From NCBI GenBank assembly GCA_036785375.1, contig JAWMAR010001726.1:1-64000 (forward strand): a stretch of DNA of 64,000 bases. The letters run 5' to 3'. This stretch comes from Leucoraja ocellata (Eukaryota). The stretch's first letter is position 1; every line of letters starts with the position of its first letter. Both the position numbers and the translations under genes were made by a program. The notes beneath the pieces are model-generated. The model was not told where the DNA came from. It searched no databases and was given only the letters and a program-made list of their open reading frames with translations. This document shows positions 24,995-37,126 of the stretch, in pieces.

Positions 24995-26345
24995 AAATAA
25001 CAGAGAGGTAGAAAGAAAATGCTCTTGAGAATAGTTTTACAAGGATGTTGCCATGAGGCAGCTAGTACTCCTGCACCTATTCCAGCACTATCTAAATGGC
25101 ATTAAGTTGGGAAAAGGGGAAGTACAACAGGATCTGGGGTTCCTTGTACAACAGTCTATGAAAGTAAGCATGCAGGTACAGCAGGCAGTGAAGAAAGCGA
25201 ATGGCATTTTGGCCTTTTTAACAAGAGGAATTGAATATTGGAGCAAAAGGTCCTTCTGCAGTTGTACATAGCCCTAGTGAGACCACACCTGGAGTATTGT
25301 GTGCAATTTTGATCCCCTGATATGAGGAAGGACATTCTTGCTATTGAGGGAGTGCAGCGTAGGTTTACAATGTTAATTCCCAGGATGGCGGGACGGTCAT
25401 ATGCTGAGAGAATGGAGCAGCTGGGCTTGTACACTCTGGAGTTTAGAAGGATGAGAGGGTATCTTATTGAAACATATAAGATTGTTAAGAGCTTGGACAC
25501 ACTAGAGGCAGGAAACATGTTCTGATGTCGGGGGAACCAGGGGCCACAGTTTAAGAATAAGTAGTAAGCCATTTAGAATGAAGATGAGGAAACACTTTTT
25601 CTCACAGAGAGTGGTGAGTCTGTGGAATTGGAGGCAGGTTTTCTGGATGTTTTCAAGAGAGAGCTAGATAGGGATCTTAAAAGTAGGGGGATATGGGGAG
25701 AAGGCAGGGGATATGGGGAGAAGGCAGGAAAGGGGTACTGATTGTGGATGATCAGCCATGATCACATCGAATGGCGGTGATGGCTCGAAGGGCCAAATGG
25801 CCTGCTCCTGCACCTATTGTCTATTGTCTATTGAGGCTTCGACTGTATCTGAGACAAAGGGGAGCACCCAGCTCTAAGATCTGAACTATAGTATATAGTG
25901 ATCTGTATATATCACTATAGTATATAGTGGGCTGTATATCTGTCTATAGTATATAGGGGTCTAAGATCTGAACTATAGTGAGAGTTCGGGCAGACTTAAT
26001 AACATTCTCAGTATTAAACAGAGTCAATATGTTCTTATTCTGCATTAAATAACAGAGAGGTAGAAAGAAAATGCTCTTGAGGAGAAGATTTTTACAAGGA
26101 TGTTGTCATGAGGCCTCGACTGTATCTGAGACAAAGGGGAGTACCCAGCTCTAAGATCTGAATTATAGTGAAAGTTCGGGCAGACTTAATAAAATTCTGT
26201 ACAAAACAGAGTCAATATGTTCTTATTTTGCATTAAATAACAGGGAGGTAGAAAGAAAATGCTCTTGAGGAGAACATTTTTACAAGGGTGTTGCCATGAG
26301 GACTCGACCATCTGAGCTCAATGATCTAACTACAGTGAGAGATTG
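24995..26345. repeat. ~190-bp tandem repeat (3 copies) forming the THAP intron
   Basis: aaataacagagaggtagaaagaaaatgctcttgag...ccatgaggc...cgactgtatctgagacaaagggg starts at ~24995, ~26047 and ~26235. Confidence 0.85.
25059..25832 (+). mobile_element. CR1 3' fragment inserted in the THAP intron
   Basis: MQVQQAVKKANG...RKDILAIEGVQRRFT, (CTATTGT)n tail, flanked by a TGAGGC duplication. Confidence 0.9.
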
Positions 26346-27261
26346 AACAGAATAAATACAATTCTCAATATGCCACAGAAGTAATAAATGTTTTCTTACC
26401 TTTCCTCCTTAATGGGGAACCTGAAGAAAGATGTTGCGTCCCCTACATTGCCGATTGGAGCAATTTACCACAGAGCAGAATGCAACACTAGTAGACGTGG
26501 ACGCCATGGCCAAAGTGAAGATTGTTTGGATTTGAGAGCGGAGGCGGAAGCAAAGATCCTATCTTTGGGTGGAAGCAAGATGGCGGAAGCAAGATGGCAG
26601 AAGCTGATTACGAAAATGGGTCCTATAATTACCCATGAGTCTGCCCATGACCGTACCACGTGTTTTGCGTAGGAGTTGTCCATCTTGCTCCTCTAAAGGA
26701 TCTTTGGTCCTGATTGAATGTCAGTTCACCATGAGCGTGTCCCCAAAATGTCCAGTAGATGGCTCTGTAAACCAATTAATATTATGAAGAACATTTGGGA
26801 AGCTGTAAATCATATTGAACAGATTTCTTAAATTTTGAAAAATGGTAAAACAAAAACAGTGAACGTTTTGAAATCAAGGGGGTACACTTAAAGCCTTATT
26901 AGGAGAGTTGAAAACAATGAAGGGGGAGTTGAAATTGAGGAAGAGATGTTCTGTATGTCCAGTGGACCAACATATCCACCATATATACTGCTACAAGGCA
27001 GCTGCAGCAGAGGATGCCAATGACAGGAGACAAATCCTGAGACACTTGCAATATTATTATACTGCAATATTGCAATACACTTGCAAGACTATTAGAAGTT
27101 CACGGACTTCAAATTAATGCATCTTCAAATGTCGAATCCCACCTAATCAGCCATAAATTACTGGTAAACACATCCCCATTCCTTGATGAACCAAGAATCT
27201 TTATCAATACCATCTGACATCTAAAATTATCATGCATCACAGCTCCTCGGTTTGCACTGTA

Positions 27262-27550
27262 GTGCAGCAGTGGTATTCCTGCTTCACAGTGCAAGAGACG
27301 CAGGTTCGATCCTGACTATGGGTATTGTCTGCATGGAGTTTGTCCATTCTTCCTGTGACAGCGTGGGTTTTCTACAAGTGCTCCGATTTCCTCCCACACT
27401 CCAAAGATGTGCGGGTTTGTAAGTTAATTTGCTCTGTAAATTGTCTCTAGAGTGTAGGATAGAACTAGTGCACAGGGTGATTGTTGAGCAGCGTGGACTT
27501 GTTGGGCCGAGGGGCTGTTTCCACACTGTATCTTGAAACTAAACTAAAAC
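27262..27550 (+). mobile_element. V-SINE (HE1-like)
   Basis: B-box ggttcgatcc, V-core, (CTAAA)n tail. Confidence 0.9.
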
Positions 27551-27663
27551 ACAATCAGATAATATGACAGAATGTAGTTGGCCATTTTTGTCCAGTCCCG
27601 ATTGAATGCCAGTTCATCATGTTCAGCAAATAAATACTGCTATTGCTGGAAACTAGAAATAAA

Positions 27664-27963
27664 GTGACACTGCTGGTACAGCTGCTGAGTCACAGCACCA
27701 GAGACCCTGGCTCGATCCTGACCTCGGGTGCCATATGTGTGAAGTTTGCACATTGTCCCCTTGACTGCATGACTTGCCTCCGGGTGCTCCAGTTTTTTCC
27801 CACTTCCAAAAGACACAAGGATTTCTAGATTAATTGCCTTCTGTAGAGTATTAAGAGTGCTTGAGAGAGCAGGATAACATTGAACTAGTGTGAACAAGCA
27901 AACTCGGTGGGCCGAAAGGCTTGTTTCCATGCTATATCTTTAAACAAAAGACAACTAAACTAA
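27664..27963 (+). mobile_element. V-SINE (older subfamily)
   Basis: Same architecture as the neighbouring copy, more diverged. Confidence 0.8.
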
Positions 27964-28562
27964 AAAGAAATGCTAGAACCATTCAGTCGGTCAGACAGCA
28001 TCCATGGAAAGAGAAACAATGTTTTAGGTTGATAAAATGTTGGTGCTGAAAAAGAAAAAAATCAAACATATTTAAATGATTCCTACATTTTTCCTTTTTA
28101 TGTAATTTCAATTTTAAAGCATATATTCCCTGTACTGAAATAATTTATACAGACATAAATTGCTTTATCCAGTCATAAAATGTAGCATAAAATTTCAATT
28201 GTTCTGATCACAAAGACAACATTACTCATACAGAAGTGCACTATTAGAAATCTCTCAACACTTAAGTGAAGATTGTCTCTCCTTCCTCCCTCATGAACCA
28301 ACATGAACATTCCCAAAACTAGCTGCATTGAAGAGTTTATGCACACATTTTCTATCTTCAATAGCACTCGAGTGTGGGCATAATGCAACCAGAATTGAAT
28401 TATCAATAGATACAGACCACATGTTCTTGAAGTCTGCTTGATGTAAAGAATTGAGTCTCAAAGTTATTTGATAATTTAATTTAGCATTTATTGCTTGACT
28501 AACCAGCATTAAAAATAAGAAACATTTTTATAGGCCTTGTTGGACACAAATGTTGTAATCTA

Positions 28563-29010
28563 ACTGGACTAAGTGGACACACGGGAGGCCTGATCCAGTC
28601 ACATGAGAGGCCTGGTCCCCCAACACAACACGTTCCTCCAAAGCAATATTTCACCACTCACCCATAGCCTCCAACTGCGCAGGCACGGCTCATTTCCCCT
28701 CATCCCCAGCACTCTCTCCCCCTCCTCTTCACCCTCCCTCTCCTTTCCCGTACCATCAGTCACTCCCTCCCTCCCTCCCTCCCTTCATAGCTCCTCTCCC
28801 CTCCTTACCACCCTCCTATCCCTCTATCCCCCATTCTCCCTCCTCACCTCCCCCACTTTCCCCTCCCTCTCCCTCCCTACCCGTTCCTCTCCCTCAATTC
28901 CCCCACGCTCCCTCCTCACCTCCTCAGGATTGCGAGATTGCCACTCCTCTGACCGGAGGTTGCCTTGACTGGAGGCCGTGCCGACCAGAAGCCGCACCGA
29001 CCAGAAGTCG
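28563..29010 (-). mobile_element. Helitron-like non-autonomous element 3' part
   Basis: Reverse complement resembles 39940-40437 (C-rich tract, ccactcacccatagcc..caactgcgcagg) and ends ...cacttagtccag. Confidence 0.6.
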
Positions 29011-29296
29011 CGCCGGGCAAAGGTGGGCACAGATGGTGACTCACAGTGGATGCGGCCAATCAGTGCGATGGTGCAGGAAGGGGCGTCGCCGTTCTTTTGT
29101 CAAAGAACTATTAGAATTTTCTCCTGTGAGGAGATCTGTCAAAGGAGAATTACACATGTTGTTATATGCAGCACTTAAAAACGTTGGCACAACAGCTGGG
29201 GAAAATACCAAAATATATACAACCAGCTTTTTGGAATTACAATGCAGTATTGTTAGAAAAATAGGTTCTGGCCAATGAACTTCCACAATCTTTTTT

Positions 29297-29516
29297 GGTT
29301 TAGTTTAGTTTAGAAATATAGCAAGGAAACAAGCTCTTTGGCCCACCAAGTCCATGCCAACTGGTGATCCCCGTAACACTAGCACTATCCAGCACACGAT
29401 GAACAACGTACGATCTTTACTGAACCTAATTTACTGAACCCTACAAATCTGTACATCTTTGGAGCACGGAGTCATGGAGAGAATGTGCAAACTCCAATTA
29501 GACAGCCCTTAGTGAG
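29297..29516 (-). mobile_element. V-SINE fragment
   Basis: (TTTAG)n tail and reverse-complement core. Confidence 0.8.
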
Positions 29517-29614
29517 GAGAGAGAGAGAGAGAGAGATAGGGATGGAGGGAGGGTGGGTGGGAGGGAAGAAGGGAGGGTGGGAGGGAGGGAGGGAGGGAGG
29601 GAGGGAGGGAGGGG

Positions 29615-30135
29615 TACATATATTTGGATGAAAATGTACAAGGCATGATGAGTAAGTTTGCAGATGACACTAAGCAGGTGATATCGGAAACAGTGAAGAT
29701 GATAATCTTGAATGCAGCAGATTCTTGAGCAGCTGGACAAGTGGGTTGAGGAAAGACTAATGGAGACATTATAGAGGTGTGTAAATTATGAGGGAAATTG
29801 CTGGGATAAGTGCAGTGAATATTTTACATGGTGTAATGAATCAAGAACCAGAAGACATTGGTTTATGTTGATAGCGGAAAGATTTAATCTAATCTGAAGG
29901 TAATTTCTTTCCACTCAGATGGTGGTGGATGTATGTAATGAGCTGCCAGAGATACCTGTAGATGAGACAGATACTATAACAGACACTTAAAAGACCCTTG
30001 GACAGGTTCAAGTTTAGTAAAGGTTGGGAGGGAAATGGACCAAATGTGGAAAAGTGGGACCAGCTTAGATGGGCATCTTGGTCAGCATGAGCAAGTTGGG
30101 CCAAAGGGCCCGTTTATATGCTGTATGAGGCTATG
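29615..30135 (+). mobile_element. Decayed CR1 3' region
   Basis: agtaagtttgcagatgacactaag (SKFADDTK) followed by a CR1 3' UTR. Confidence 0.75.
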
Positions 30136-31219
30136 ATAGTACATTTTGAAAGTCTTCTTGGATATGTTATTCCAATGACCATTACTTAATTAAATACATG
30201 TTTTTCACATAATATTGTTCATTGTATGTTTTCAATCACTAGTGATGTATGTATTAGATAATTAGTCTATTGTACTGTAGGTTTACTTTGGCTAACTTTC
30301 AGATGTGCTCTTGCTTCACAAAGCCTACTTTACTTATAATTATTTGGAGCAGATTAATTTTAGCCTGGAAATTTTAACTAGGGTTGCAATTTTTAACGTG
30401 CATGTGGTTTTGACTATCATATTTAGTGGATGAGAATTTGTTTAGTATTTCTCTAAAACCTTCAAACCAGCACCAAGAATTAGCGGCTAGCTATTACAGA
30501 GCAAGCTGAATTCCCAAGCAGAATTTGGCTGGCTAGGAGTCTTTAAGCCTCGTATGTTTTAATTTGCTGCATCCATGGCACCTTGGAGATTATCAATCCC
30601 TCTTGTATCAATTGCTATTTATACAAGGATCACCTCGTGAATCACATTGTAAACAGAATATTTATATTAATGTGAGCAGAAAAGGGATAATGTTGAGACA
30701 AATGGAAAGAGGTCACAGTACTCCGACTTCAGGAGGGGATGTGTCTTGAGGGAGTCAGTGTTATGATCAAAGAATGCTGAATGTCAATGCGTATAAAGGT
30801 AGACAAATCTCCTGGGCCTGATCAGATATATCCAAGGACACTGTGGGAAGCTAGAGAGGAAATTGCAGGTGTCCTGGCTGAGATTTACGAGTTATCATTA
30901 AATACAGGTGAGGAGCCAGAAGACTGGAAGGTGGCAAATGTTATGCCTCTATTTAAGAAGGTGTTGGAATAATTTACACGAGATGTGAGGGGGAGTTAAC
31001 TTCCTCTTTATTTGCAATAACTTGTCAGACACAGAGAACAGTCAAGCAAGAGACTGTTCTACAGACTCAAAGCAAGGAACCTTTTTATACTCTATCATAT
31101 TTGACAGGGACATATGTTTACACAGTGGGTATTGTAATGCAGTATTCTGCCTTTCCCCCAGCAGCGCAGCCTTATTACTAAAAAACAGAACATGCAGGTG
31201 TCCAAATACTTGACTTCAT

Positions 31220-31545
31220 GGGGCGGCATGGTGGCGCAGAAGTAGAATTGCTGCCTTACAGCACTTACAGTGCCAGAGACCCGGGTTCAATCCCGACCAT
31301 GGGTGCTGTCTGTACGGAGTTTGTACATTCTCCTCGTGACCACTTGAGTTTTCACCGAGATCTTTGGTTTCCTCCCGCACTCCAAAGACGTACAGGTTTG
31401 TAGGTTAATTAGCTTGGTACAAATGTAAAATTGTTGCTAGTCAGTGTAGGATAGTGTTGATGTGTGGGGATCGCTGGTCAGCGCAGACTCAGTTGGCTGA
31501 AGGGCCTGTTTCCACACTGTATCTCTTAAATAAAACTAAATTAAA
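31220..31545 (+). mobile_element. V-SINE (HE1-like)
   Basis: gggcggcatggtggcgcag...gggttcaatccc head, V-core and tail. Confidence 0.9.
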
Positions 31546-31574
31546 CCAGACATGTTTAGCCTAGTACAGAAGGA

Positions 31575-32215
31575 GTGGCTGGCTCGCCGACAGTCTGTCT
31601 TGTCCTTTTCTCTCTTTGTTGTTTTTTACTACGTGTTAAATGTATGTTTTAGTGTTCTTTAGCTGTTTTATGTGGGGGGGGCGGAACTTAAAAAAAATCT
31701 CTTACCTTGACGGAGATGCGATTCCTTTCCGTATCGTATGTCCGTCCACACTGCGGCCTAACATCAAGGAGCTGGCGGTCTCTTGCTGGGAATCAAATTC
31801 GGGAGCTCCAACCACTGGAACCTGCAGGACTTAACATTGTCGAGCTCGCGGTCTCTTGGTTAGGGACCGACTTCGTGTGCTCCAGGCCGCAGGAGCTTTC
31901 ACCTGATCGTGGGAGCCTCTACTGCCGCAATATGGGGGCATCGATCGCCGGCTGCGGGAGCTTCGATCGCCCCGACTGTGGATGGTTCACCTGCCCCATC
32001 CGCGGGAGAATAAAGAGTGAAGAAGCTTAAACTTTATTGCTTTCCATCACAATGAGAAATGTGGGAATCCGCTGTGGTGGATGTTTATGTCAACTTTTAA
32101 CTAGTTGTGTGTCTTGTTGCTTTTTCTAGTATGACTGTGTGGTAAATTGAGTTTCACTGTACCTTAATGGGTACATGTGACAATAAAATACCTTTGAAGC
32201 TTTGAACCTTTGAAG
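31575..32215 (+). mobile_element. GC-rich non-autonomous Rex/Babar-derived element
   Basis: 3' tail tttcactgtacc...ggtacatgtgacaataaa(cctttgaa)n; internal similarity to 57640-57860 rc (NIVELAV...). Confidence 0.7.
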
Positions 32216-33715
32216 GAAATCTTTACTGGAACAAAGTTTAATTTCCACAGTACGAAGTGCTCCCATGATCATGACAAGATTCCCACAAAAGGTTGCAAGG
32301 AAAAGCCTGGAAATTATAGGCCAGTGAGTCTAACATCTGTGGTCAGAAAGTTACTAGAGAGTATTCTGAAGGATAAGATGTACATAAATTTAGATAGACA
32401 AAGGCTGATTATTGATAGTCAGCATGTGGGAGATTGTGTCTTATGAATCTGATCCAGTTTTTTGAAAATATAACCAAAAGTGGGCAGAGCTGTAGATTTC
32501 AACAGGCAATCAGCAAGACATTTGACATGGTTCATCATGGTAGGCTGCTCTGGAAGGTTAGATCACATGGGATTCGAGAACTAGCCAACTGAATAGAAAA
32601 TTGGCTTAGGGTCAGAAAGCAGAGGGTGATGGTAGAGGTTTGCTTTTCGGACTGAAGGCCTGTGACTAGTGGTGTGCCACAGGGATCAATGCTGGGCAGA
32701 TTACTGTTTGTCATCTATATCAATGATTTGGATGAGAATGTACAAGGCACGATTTGCAAGTTTGCGGATGACACCAAAGTGGGTTGTTTTGTAGATAGCC
32801 ACATGCCTATCAAAGGTAACAGCTGAATCTTGAACAGTTGAGGCAGAGGAATGGTTAATGGAGTTTAATGCAGATAAATGTGAGGTGTTGCATTTTGGAA
32901 TGTCCAACCATGGCAGGACCTTCATAGTAAATGGCAGAGCTCTGGGGAGTTTTGTAGAGCAGAGGGATCTAGGAGTGCAAGTACATTGAAAGTGACATCA
33001 CAGGTAGATAAGGTGGTCATGAAGGCTTTCGACACATCAGTCAAGGTTTTGAGTATAGATGTTGGGGTGTTATGTTACTGTTGGACAAGGAACCAGTGAT
33101 GCCACATTGTGTTCAGTTTTGGCCACCCCGTTATAGGAAAGAGGTTGTTAAGTTGGAAAAAGTGCACAGAAGATTTATGAGGATGTTGCCAGGACTTGAG
33201 GGCCTGAGCGATGGGGGAAGGTTGGACAGGCTAGGAATGCAGTAGGATGAGAGGTGATCTTATAGAGGTGTTTAAGATAATGAGGGGAATGAATAGGGTA
33301 GATGCATATAATCGTTTTCCAAGAATAGTGAAATCAAGAACCAGAGGACAGGTTTAAGGTAATAGGAGAAGGATTTAATAAGAATTTGAGGGGCAACATT
33401 TTCACATTGGTTATATGGAATGAGCTGCTGGAGGAGGTAGTTGAGGCAGAAATTATAACATATTTAAAGGCATTTGGACAGGAACATGGATAAGAAAGGT
33501 ATAGAAGTATATGGACCAGGTGAAACTAGTGTAGATGGGGCACATTGCTCGGCATGGACAAGTTGGGCCCAAGGACCTGCTTCTGTGCTGAATGACCCTA
33601 TGAATCTAAATGGAGCCTACAGTTGCAAGGCTGCAGCCAGGCAGAGCAAATCTTCAGTCAAGTATTGACATGGGAGTTCATGGCCCAAAGTGTTTATGCC
33701 AGAACAGGAAATCAT

Positions 33716-33840
33716 AAGGTTCTCAACCCGAAATATCACCTATTACTTTTCTCCAGAGATGTTGCCTGAGCCTTTGAGTTACTTCATGATTTTGTGCCAT
33801 TCTTCAGTGTAAACCAGCATCTGCTCTTCCTTCCTACACA
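33716..33840 (+). mobile_element. Penelope-like pLTR fragment (degenerate)
   Basis: aaggttctcaacccgaaatatcacc...ctccagagatgttgcc...gagttact. Confidence 0.65.
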
Positions 33841-34552
33841 ATCACACACTACTTGCTGGTTTCCTTCCAAGTTATTATCACTAATTTTTTAATTGCTAGA
33901 TCTGAATCATTGTATTCTCTGTGGGAATACCTTCAAAAGAATAACTGCAACAGGTCGAGATGGTGGCTACTGCCACTTTTATAAGAATAACTGGGAGAGA
34001 ATAAATTCTTGGCTTGTCAAAAAATTATATCCGCTGCAAATAAATCATTTTATCAAGCAGCGATGAGCAATAGGTGAGCAATAGATAGCAATCTTTGGGA
34101 TTGGTACAGAGCTTGGTTAGGTTAACTCATGTAGCTTGCCTAACAGAAAGAAATGATGGAATCCATCTTGGTCTGCAGGGATTCAAAATAGCAGCTGCAT
34201 GGTTCATTGAATATTTGGAAATTTGTTTGAATTTTGCATCTCCTCTTTAATTATAAAGATGAGTGGCAATTCATCCACAGTGCTGAAGGAAACAAATTAT
34301 GGGGATGACATTTGCTTTTAATTCCAAAGTAATTGGATTCAATAGGAAAAATGTTATTCCAATAAATTTAAATTTTATTAAAATGCTGTTTACTCTTGCA
34401 CAGTTGTCATGACAAATTGATATTGAACAGCTGTTTCTCAGCTGGAGCTACTGGATGACATGTATTCCCGCACCAATGTTATATGTAAGATTAGTAGCGT
34501 GGATGAATAAGAAATACAGACTATTTTTCAAAAATGTGATAGATCAATGGAT

Positions 34553-35142
34553 CTCAACACCTGGAGTATTGTGTGCAGTTTTGGTCTCCAAATTTGAGGA
34601 AGGACATTCTTGCTATTGAGGGAGTGCAGCGTAGATTCACAAGGATTCCCGTGATGGCCGGACAGTCATATGATGATAGAATGGAATGGCTGGGCTTGTA
34701 TACTCTGGAATTTAGAAGGATGAGAGGGAATCTTATTGAAACATATAAGATTATTAAGGGATTGGACACGCTAGGGGCAGGAAACATGTTCCCGAAGTTG
34801 GGGGAGTCCAGGACCAGGGGCCACAGTTTAAGAATAAGGGATTGGCCATTTAGAACGGAGATGAGGAAAATCTTTTTCACCTAGAGAGTTGTGAATCTGC
34901 GGAATTCTCTGCCTCAGAAAGCAGTGGAGGCCAATTCTCTGCCTCAGAAAGCAGTGGAGGCCAATTATCTGGATGTTTTCAAGAGAGAGTTGGATAGAGC
35001 TCTTAAAGATAGCCGTCAGGGGATACGGTGAGAAGGCAGGAACGGGGTACTGAATGTGGATGATCAGCAGTGAATGGCGGTGCTGGCTCAAAGGACCAAA
35101 GGGCGAATGGCCTATTCCTGCACCTATTGTCTATTGTCCATT
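34553..35142 (+). mobile_element. CR1 3' fragment with an internal 30-bp tandem duplication
   Basis: QFWSPNLRKDILAIEGVQRRFT; aattctctgcctcagaaagcagtggaggcc occurs twice at 34903-34962. Confidence 0.9.
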
Positions 35143-35687
35143 GTCAAGCAATGACTGCATATGACTTATGTAGTTCTTCTACATTAGAAATATGTCTACC
35201 AATTCATTGTTCCATGGTGAGATTTAACACGTACGATTTCATCCAGTACATTGGTGTTTTTAAAAAAAGTGATTGCCAAAATTTGTTTTCAGTAATTGCT
35301 GCAGAAGCCTTTTTAAAAGCAACCAATTTTATTAGCGCAGATAAAATAACTGAAATTTCATGTCCTATAAGAATAATCCATGTTTGGAAAAAAAGTTTTA
35401 AGCTAAAATAAGCTCAGTTGTAAAAATACAACATATGCTGCTGTACCAATGTTTCCAATATTTATGTAGCTTCTGATTCTATTTTCCAGATACATCCTAA
35501 ATAATTATCTTTTAGGAAAATGTGGCTCTGCCTTATATGTATATTATATATGCAATGTATACAGTAGATCTTCCATAATACTCAATCACAAATGAATATA
35601 TGAATGGCTCAAAATGATTTTCCCCGAGTGAAGTATTCTTCCTGATGGGTCTGTATACCAATGGTTACTTCTGTTTCCATCTGACCT

Positions 35688-36003
35688 TTAGTTTAGTTTC
35701 GAGATACAGCGTGGAAACAGGCCCTTCGGCCCACCGGGTCTGTGCCGACCAGCGATTCCTGCATATTAACACTATTCGCCAAACACCAAGGACAATTTTT
35801 ACATTTACCAAGCCAATTTACCTACAAACTTGTACGTCTTTGGCGTGTGGGAGGAAACCGAAGATCTCCTAGAAAACCCACGAGGTCACAGGGAGAATGT
35901 ACAAACTCCGTACAGACAGCATCCATAGTTGGGATTGAACACAGGCCTCCGGCACTGCAAGCGTTGTAAGGCAGCAACTCTACTGCTGTGCTACCGTACC
36001 GCC
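35688..36003 (-). mobile_element. V-SINE (HE1-like)
   Basis: Full-length reverse-complement copy. Confidence 0.9.
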
Positions 36004-36940
36004 TAACTGTTTAATGAAATAATTTAATGCGCCATGCAATTACGAATAAAACATTTCAAGTAATAGATTTTATAATCTACTAATAAAACGTGATAGACAG
36101 GATATTTGATTAACTTTAAACTTACAGGAATAATGCGTGTGTACAATTAAATGACCTTTTGCCTGCTTCACCTATTGACTAGGAAATGGCTAATTAGTTT
36201 TTTTTTGCTGTCATATATAACCTTCAGAAAGATTTTTTAGTACCTAAGAAAAGCTAATTCTCTCACCTTTTGTTAAGAAGATGATTAGCATGGAGTTGTT
36301 AAGCGATGCTGCATTCATTTATTTTCACAAGATGATCATTTTTCAAATTTACATTTAAACAGCTATAAAATTGATTAGTTCTTATTTTTGAAATTTGCCC
36401 AATAGGGCATATGTTTACAAGTGTTTTTGTCTCAATTTATTTTAAGGTTTTGTATTTGTTAATTTCATTAAAGTTTGCCATCTGCCATTCAAAGACATGT
36501 CAAAAAAAAGACCATCTGTCTCACTAGCAGGATATTGCTCTCTGTGGAAAGCCAAAGTAAACCATTACCTTTTAACAAAGATGAAAGCTTCTGGCATGGG
36601 CAAGCAGAGCAAGTTATATGGTTTTCAGACAATAGAAAAATCAGTTGAAATTTTCCTGATTCATTGCTGAATGTACCGGCCACAATTAGTTCCATTGTGG
36701 TCAACTTAACTTAACTCAAATATTCTGTTACGTTCTTGCATGGATACATCCGGGAGATAGAATAAATCTGCTGTCCCTATCCTTGCTTAGGTATCAATGC
36801 ACGCTCACAATGTCGGAAAGCCAAATAATCTAATGGACGCAATGCCTAAAAGCCAAATACCCGAACCGGTGCAACGCTGAAAAGCTGGCGCAATGGCGAA
36901 AAGCCAAATATATGCGACGCCGAAAAGTCAAATAACGGAC

Positions 36941-37126
36941 NNNNNNNNNNNNNNNNNNNNNNNNNNNNNNNNNNNNNNNNNNNNNNNNNNNNNNNNNNNN
37001 NNNNNNNNNNNNNNNNNNNNNNNNNNNNNNNNNNNNNNNNNNNNNNNNNNNNNNNNNNNNNNNNNNNNNNNNNNNNNNNNNNNNNNNNNNNNNNNNNNNN
37101 NNNNNNNNNNNNNNNNNNNNNNNNNN
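36941..37126. other. Assembly gap (186 N)
   Basis: Run of N. Confidence 1.

Larger units (their letters stand above)
24900..26507 (-). pseudogene. Two-exon THAP (C2CH zinc finger) transposase N-terminus, frameshifted
   Basis: Exon 1 26507-26400: MASTSTSVAFCSVVNCSNRQCRGRN[fs]SFFRFPIKEE(R), donor GTAAG. Acceptor ttatttcAG, then exon 2 from 24991: (R)CRQWVQNTRRHDLLHRTA[fs]YLSNDC[fs]VLCSL. Confidence 0.8.
23695..26706 (-). mobile_element. Non-autonomous THAP-domain cut-and-paste transposon (P-element- or hAT-like)
   Basis: ~40-bp imperfect TIRs beginning CAAAGATCCT, perfect 8-bp TSD GTCCTGAT (23687-23694 / 26707-26714), and an internal spliced THAP remnant. Confidence 0.85.
30962..32287 (-). 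mobile_element. Solo LTR carrying two nested insertions
   Basis: Termini TGTTGGAAT...ATTCCCACA (TG..CA, inverted), near-TSD GAAGG/AAAGG, minus-strand AATAAA near 31005. Confidence 0.7.
30780..33605 (+). mobile_element. Decayed CR1 ORF2 interrupted by a solo LTR
   Basis: KVDKSPGPDQIYPR...WKVANVMPLFKK | GCKEKPGNYRPVSLTSVV...KFADD...; continuous across 30961/32288. Confidence 0.88.
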
